Shown here: positions 28,910 through 32,952 of the stretch, piece after piece
How the letters are laid out: every line of letters begins with the position of its first letter
Position numbering within the stretch: position 1 is the stretch's first letter
Assembly (NCBI GenBank): GCA_030430875.1
Contig: JAUIKI010000001.1
Span: forward strand, 1 to 32,952
Length of the DNA: 32,952 bases
Reading direction: 5' to 3'
Source of the DNA: Gammaproteobacteria bacterium
Lineage (GTDB): Bacteria > Pseudomonadota > Gammaproteobacteria > Pseudomonadales > JAUIKI01
Notes under the pieces: model-generated
What the model was told of the DNA's origin: nothing
What the model saw: the letters and a program-made list of their open reading frames with translations, nothing else
Database searches by the model: none
Program-made: the position numbers and the translations under genes

Positions 28910-29410
28910 ATGAAATCAATTGCTCGTTATACCCTGATCAATTTACTGCTGATGATCATGACAACCGTTGTCAATGCGGAAACTGATGCCAATTCTGGTA
29001 TTCCAAACTTGGAACCTGTCGCACTCGTTGCAACGCTTTACACTCAATCCCAAAAGACAGATAACGCGATGTTTTTTGATGAAAATGGTCTTGAGTTGCT
29101 CAAACAATATTTCACTGAAAATCTTGCAGAATTAGTCATTGCAGATCTGAAAGCAACTCAACCAGGAGATTCTGGTCGTTTAGGTTTTGATCCTTTATAT
29201 GCTGCCCAAGATTTTGAAGTAACGAATTTTGCATTGCGATTAGACGCTGTTGAAAACAGTCAGGCAAAAGTCATTGCAACTATTAAGAATTTTGGAGAGA
29301 CAGTGGAAGTAATCTTTTCATTACAACAGCGTGTAGGCCAATGGCGCATTGTAAACATTGAATATCATGAACATGAAGATTTGCTGACAATTCTCACACA
29401 AAGTAAATGA
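28910..29410 (+). CDS. Exported protein, DUF3828/YbjP-like (NTF2-like); family assignment is tentative
   Basis: The signal peptide is MKSIARYTLINLLLMIMTTVVNA|ETD. The motif GFDPLYAAQDFEV...VGQWRIVNIEY resembles my memory of DUF3828. There is a strong SD, GGGAG. Confidence 0.5.
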   Translation: MKSIARYTLINLLLMIMTTVVNAETDANSGIPNLEPVALVATLYTQSQKTDNAMFFDENGLELLKQYFTENLAELVIADLKATQPGDSGRLGFDPLYAAQDFEVTNFALRLDAVENSQAKVIATIKNFGETVEVIFSLQQRVGQWRIVNIEYHEHEDLLTILTQSK

Positions 29411-29479
29411 AACTATTTCATCATATAAATCACGGTCTATTACGGTAATTTATATTTAGAAAACTCACAGGAAAACCAA

Positions 29480-29866
29480 ATGAAAAAATTATTAGCCCTA
29501 TTGTTTATTAGCCCGCTAGGTGTCCCAATAGCATGGTGTCTTTATATGCTTATATCTAGTGGAAGTTTAAAAATTTCTGACATAAGTCTAATTTTTGCAG
29601 GTTATTTAAGTGGATTAATTGGTGCAACAACTCTTGGTGTTCCATTCTATTTTGCTCTCAAGAACTACCATAAAGAACAATCTCTTTGGCTGGTTTTATT
29701 AGGATTCTTGAGTGGCTTTTTAATGGCATTTCCAATGGTGGAGGTTGGTGGACTTGAATTTATTAATTTGACATTGATGGGGGGGGTTTCAGGGTTTACA
29801 GTGGCATTAATCGCTTGGGTTTTAATAAACGTACTTAAGATAAATAAGCCGAGACCTTTGTGCTAA
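29480..29866 (+). CDS. Small integral membrane protein with about 4 TM segments, hypothetical
   Basis: The 128-aa ORF is almost entirely hydrophobic helices. It contains the G8 tract. Confidence 0.6.
   Translation: MKKLLALLFISPLGVPIAWCLYMLISSGSLKISDISLIFAGYLSGLIGATTLGVPFYFALKNYHKEQSLWLVLLGFLSGFLMAFPMVEVGGLEFINLTLMGGVSGFTVALIAWVLINVLKINKPRPLC
29779..29786 (+). repeat. Homopolymeric G8 tract inside a coding sequence
   Basis: I read it directly as ttgatGGGGGGGGtttc, encoding M-G-G-V. It is the only long G/C run I saw in this AT-rich window. Confidence 0.9.
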
Positions 29867-30015
29867 AAATCAATGCAAGAAAAATGAGGAAAAAACTTCA
29901 GATTGAGGCGAAAAATTCAGGTAATAACGAGCTATTAACCATTTTTTATCGTTGTAGTTTTAGTGCAAAAGTCTCAGATTATTATTTCAAATTAAAACAT
30001 TCAAAGGAGCAGATA

Positions 30016-31773
30016 ATGAAACAATATTTACGAGCAATTTCAATCTTCACATTTTTACTGACGTCAGGAGCAGTATTTGCTGAAACGATAATAGTTGACA
30101 CTACGAAAGATAAATTTTCGGATTCTAAAACTGCACAATACAACTGCTTATTAGGCGAATTAAGCCCCGACTGCTCTTTACGTGAAGCTGTGCAGACAGC
30201 CAATGACCTTCCAGGAGATGACACAATCATTTTGGGTGAAGGCACTTATAAACTGACCTTGCATGGCATGGATGAAGAATACAACAAAACAGGTGATTTA
30301 GATATTAAAGACACCCTTACAATCACCGGTATTGCAGCAGAAAAAACATTCATTGATGGTGACCTTGCAGACCGAATTTTTCACCATCATAAAGGTAACT
30401 TAACTTTAAATAAGTTAACACTGATAAACGGGATAATCGTATATTCAAAAACGTTGAATACCTTTGGTACTGGAGGTGCAGCAATACTCAGTAATTTAGT
30501 GGGTAAATTAAGTATCAATCAAGTGATAGTACGAAACAATACAACTGAGTTTACAGATGAAATCTATTGCCAAATCGAAGGCATTCCATTTGAACCAAGC
30601 ATTGGAGAAGGCAATACCATTTTTTATCACGGCAACGATCTTTCCCTCACAGGATCAGCTATTATAAACAATCAATTTACCTGTTTAGGTGAACCTGCCA
30701 ATCATTTCATCTTTGGTAAAGGCTATGCTCTCTTTGCAAAAACAGATAAATTAAGGTTAGAAAATGTCTTGATTGCTAATAATGTAACTGAAGAAAGTGC
30801 TGAAAACAGGCATGCAACTGTACTGCTTGACTGTTATGGACAATCAACCTGTCAACATACTATCGATAAAGTCACTATGAGCCACAATGGTGAGCTAAAT
30901 ATCATGTTTGATTTCAATTTTGAAGAACTTAATGATGTATCGATTAATATTAACGAACTCAAATCTTCTATGGGTAGGGTATTAATCGATGCAATCAACT
31001 TTTCTGAGAATGGTGAACATAACATTGATCTCGTCATTAAAAATAGTTCATTTGAAAATTCGGAGCTCTACGGATTACAATATCAATCTTATGAAAGATA
31101 TGATGATAGCGAGCAAAAAAGTCTGATCATCGTCAATGCATCAATTGAACATTCTACATTCGCCAAAAATGGTATTGGAGTTAAATTATTTAAAAATATA
31201 GAAGATCAAAATTTTTGGTTGCTACGCAATAATACCATTAGTGGAAATACACAAGGTGGTATTGATGTAGGTGGCTTCAATGCATTGGATTTGACTTATA
31301 ACACCATTGCCTTTAATGGTGATCCAAGTAAGGATATAGATGGCGTTAATATTTTTTATGGTAGTTCGGTAACAAATGTCAATCTACTAGGCAATATTAT
31401 CAGCAATCCACAAGGTGGAAAAAGCTGTGCTGGACATACTTACCAAATGTATTCACAAACATACAATCTAGATAGCGATGGAAGTTGTTTATTCTATCAT
31501 CCAGCAGAAGGTGACATAATCGGCTTTGATCCATTATTAAAGTCACTTGCTCATAACGGCGGAAAAACTAAAACTCACGCTTTGAAAATAGGCAGTCCTG
31601 CCATTGATGCCGCTAAGGTTACTGAAAAGGATACTGGCACGGTGTTTGATCAGCGTTATGTTTCGAGAACAGGCAATGGTGTTGGCAATAATCCTGACAT
31701 AGGGTCTTTTGAACTATTTACTCCACCATCTTTGTCTTGCGATATTATCACCTGTGGTGGGCCGGAAAACTAA
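30016..31773 (+). CDS. Secreted right-handed parallel beta-helix protein with an N-terminal CSLREA motif
   Basis: The track start at 29860 (GTG) is over-extended. The ATG at 30016 follows AAGGAG and gives the signal peptide MKQYLRAISIFTFLLTSGAVFA|ETI. A literal CSLREAVQTANDLPGDDTIILGEGTY is present, followed by many N/G/I-rich beta-helix-like repeats. The C-terminus reads FDQRYVSR...NPDIGSFE. Confidence 0.75.
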   Translation: MKQYLRAISIFTFLLTSGAVFAETIIVDTTKDKFSDSKTAQYNCLLGELSPDCSLREAVQTANDLPGDDTIILGEGTYKLTLHGMDEEYNKTGDLDIKDTLTITGIAAEKTFIDGDLADRIFHHHKGNLTLNKLTLINGIIVYSKTLNTFGTGGAAILSNLVGKLSINQVIVRNNTTEFTDEIYCQIEGIPFEPSIGEGNTIFYHGNDLSLTGSAIINNQFTCLGEPANHFIFGKGYALFAKTDKLRLENVLIANNVTEESAENRHATVLLDCYGQSTCQHTIDKVTMSHNGELNIMFDFNFEELNDVSININELKSSMGRVLIDAINFSENGEHNIDLVIKNSSFENSELYGLQYQSYERYDDSEQKSLIIVNASIEHSTFAKNGIGVKLFKNIEDQNFWLLRNNTISGNTQGGIDVGGFNALDLTYNTIAFNGDPSKDIDGVNIFYGSSVTNVNLLGNIISNPQGGKSCAGHTYQMYSQTYNLDSDGSCLFYHPAEGDIIGFDPLLKSLAHNGGKTKTHALKIGSPAIDAAKVTEKDTGTVFDQRYVSRTGNGVGNNPDIGSFELFTPPSLSCDIITCGGPEN

Positions 31774-31841
31774 TCGCAGATTTTATTAACCACTTGAGGC
31801 CATTGGCTTTTGATGCAATGGTCTCACAGTGGACCGACAAT

Positions 31842-32234
31842 TTAGATAATGCCCTTTTTTATATTGCGCACTGTGAATATAGTCACAATAACACGACCTA
31901 GCTCTAGAATAGCAGCAATAAATATCAGTGCTTGATAGGCTGCCATGTCTCCAAAAAACAAATAATTTATCTTAGTAATGAAACCAAAAGTTAATAAAAA
32001 AAACATTAGCCTAAAAGGAAACTGAAAATATACAAGATAATAAGACCATCGTTTTCCAAGTAGAAGTCCAATGCCTGAAATGAACAAACTGATGACCGTA
32101 ATGGCAGTTAATATGGATAAAACTCCTTCAAGAGGCATATTGAAAGAGATATTTGTTATATGCGTGTAAAATCTTACAGCTAGAATAATATCTAAGAGGC
32201 CAAATAGTTTTTGTATTTTTAAATAGTTATGCAT
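31842..32234 (-). CDS. Small integral membrane protein, hypothetical
   Basis: The ORF has about 4 hydrophobic helices. The track start at 32246 is TTG, and an ATG lies at 32234 (MHNYLK...). Confidence 0.5.
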   Translation of the reverse strand: MHNYLKIQKLFGLLDIILAVRFYTHITNISFNMPLEGVLSILTAITVISLFISGIGLLLGKRWSYYLVYFQFPFRLMFFLLTFGFITKINYLFFGDMAAYQALIFIAAILELGRVIVTIFTVRNIKKGII

Positions 32235-32321
32235 GTTTTTTCTCAACGAGATAACGTTCTATATCACTGGGTCAAGAAGTGTTAGTGTGCTGAGTTCAGT
32301 GATGATATTGTTAGCCAACAA

Positions 32322-32762
32322 TTATCGATACTCTAAACTAATAATTTCTTCTAACCCTGCAATGTGTATTTGAGGGTTATGTTTAACTCGGACTTCCTTT
32401 GTGCCTAATGGTAATTGTTTGTTAAGAGCTATAGACGTATTGCTAAATAATAAAGAAAGCCAGTTTGTTTCATTTGTAGAATTACAAAGTCTCCAAATAA
32501 CAACATTTATTTTTTCATCATTTTCTTTTTCCAAAGTAGTTGACTTAAGCGTAACTTGTTCTTCTGGAGACCCACTGAACAAGGTTATTCCTGAGAGCAA
32601 ATTTGATTGTTTCGTATCTGACGCTTGCCATCCATCAGGGATAGAGAGCTTTTCTTGCTTAGTATTAATGTCAGATGGCAAAGTCAATTCTTTCCATTTG
32701 TCACTCGCTTGTAATGATATCGGTAAGATTAAAAATAAGATTAATAGGCTTTTAAATTTCAT
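32322..32762 (-). CDS. Exported hypothetical protein
   Basis: The 146-aa ORF has the signal peptide MKFKSLLILFLILPISLQA|SDK. I recognise no family. Confidence 0.55.
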   Translation of the reverse strand: MKFKSLLILFLILPISLQASDKWKELTLPSDINTKQEKLSIPDGWQASDTKQSNLLSGITLFSGSPEEQVTLKSTTLEKENDEKINVVIWRLCNSTNETNWLSLLFSNTSIALNKQLPLGTKEVRVKHNPQIHIAGLEEIISLEYR

Positions 32763-32780
32763 AGTTATTTCCTAGTTATT

Positions 32781-32805
32781 AAAAAAGTATGCTTTTAAAA
32801 GCACT
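32781..32805 (-). terminator. Weak palindromic hairpin plus T6 after the upstream partial gene
   Basis: The palindrome TGCTTTTAAAAGCA lies at 32790-32803. On the minus strand it is followed by ACTTTTTT. The stem is short and AT-rich. Confidence 0.3.
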
Positions 32806-32865
32806 TGTCTATGCGATTGCTAAGCTGCTATTTTTATCGTTTCTTTTCTATTATTCAAGATAAAC

Positions 32866-32952
32866 TTACTGCAATATGATTCCAAACAAGGTGTTATCCC
32901 ATTTCTCTCGGGCTTCACCTTCAAAATAGAAATAGCCGTCTTCGCCAAGGAT
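32866..32952 (-). CDS. 3' end of an unidentified gene that enters from beyond the window
   Basis: The minus-strand frame is open from the window edge and reads ILGEDGYFYFEGEAREKWDNTLFGIILQ*, with the stop at 32868-32866. It is too short to identify. Confidence 0.3.
   Translation of the reverse strand: MLGEDGYFYFEGEAREKWDNTLFGIILQ

Noticed and set aside
29860-30015. A GTG-initiated 52-residue extension of the beta-helix ORF that overlaps the preceding gene.
   Set aside because: The internal ATG at 30016 has an AAGGAG SD and produces a canonical signal peptide. The extension would bury that peptide.
31796-31825. A 10-bp hairpin, GAGGCCATTG...CAATGGTCTC, between the convergent beta-helix and membrane-protein genes.
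   Set aside because: There is no U-tract on either strand and the loop is 10 nt. It may still help termination, but I cannot call it a terminator.
1-32952. Searches by eye for CRISPR arrays, rRNA or tRNA genes, IS elements or transposases, integrases, and known defence-system or toxin-antitoxin gene pairs.
   Set aside because: I found no regularly spaced repeats of 25-40 bp and no transposase, integrase or reverse-transcriptase motifs in any long ORF. I also found no tRNA-like cloverleaf in the intergenic regions.

Overview
This is an AT-rich gammaproteobacterial chromosomal segment. The assignment rests on synteny (hslU-hslV-ftsN-like-argS-priA and gmk-rpoZ-spoT); a Legionellales-like host is only my guess. 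About 1-24.4 kb is housekeeping. It holds a partial GMC oxidoreductase with its Tat-signal small subunit, plsB, rsmJ, hslVU, a SPOR/FtsN-like protein, argS, a crotonase and priA. It continues with gmk, rpoZ, spoT, ridA, a periplasmic rhodanese, the ABC-F gene yheS, rph, bcp and a short-form malic enzyme. One orphan 375-aa gene sits between plsB and rsmJ. From about 24.4 kb to the end the DNA looks more AT-rich and accessory. It encodes an FAD-linked (PCMH/VAO-type) oxidase and two tandem paralogous membrane-anchored XRE-HTH regulators. Divergent from these is a four-gene cluster of exported or membrane proteins: an SNase-like protein, a DUF3828-like protein, a 4-TM protein and a CSLREA beta-helix protein. 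More small membrane or secreted orphans follow. I found no rRNA, tRNA, CRISPR array, transposase or integrase. The most interesting signal is a shared cis-element: phased ATATTCCT(G/C)A direct repeats followed by an identical TATTCTATTTG box. It occurs in the XRE/secreted-cluster divergent promoter and again 22 kb away. There it precedes an ORF-less unit of about 100 nt that ends in a strong intrinsic terminator, a candidate sRNA. The CU-rich tail of that unit is complementary to the RBS of one cluster gene. Together these suggest an undescribed envelope-sensing regulator, regulon and sRNA module; this is a hypothesis, not a demonstration. Other observations are a frameshifted SNase-like gene, a G8 homopolymer inside the 4-TM gene and a sigma32-type promoter far upstream of hslVU.
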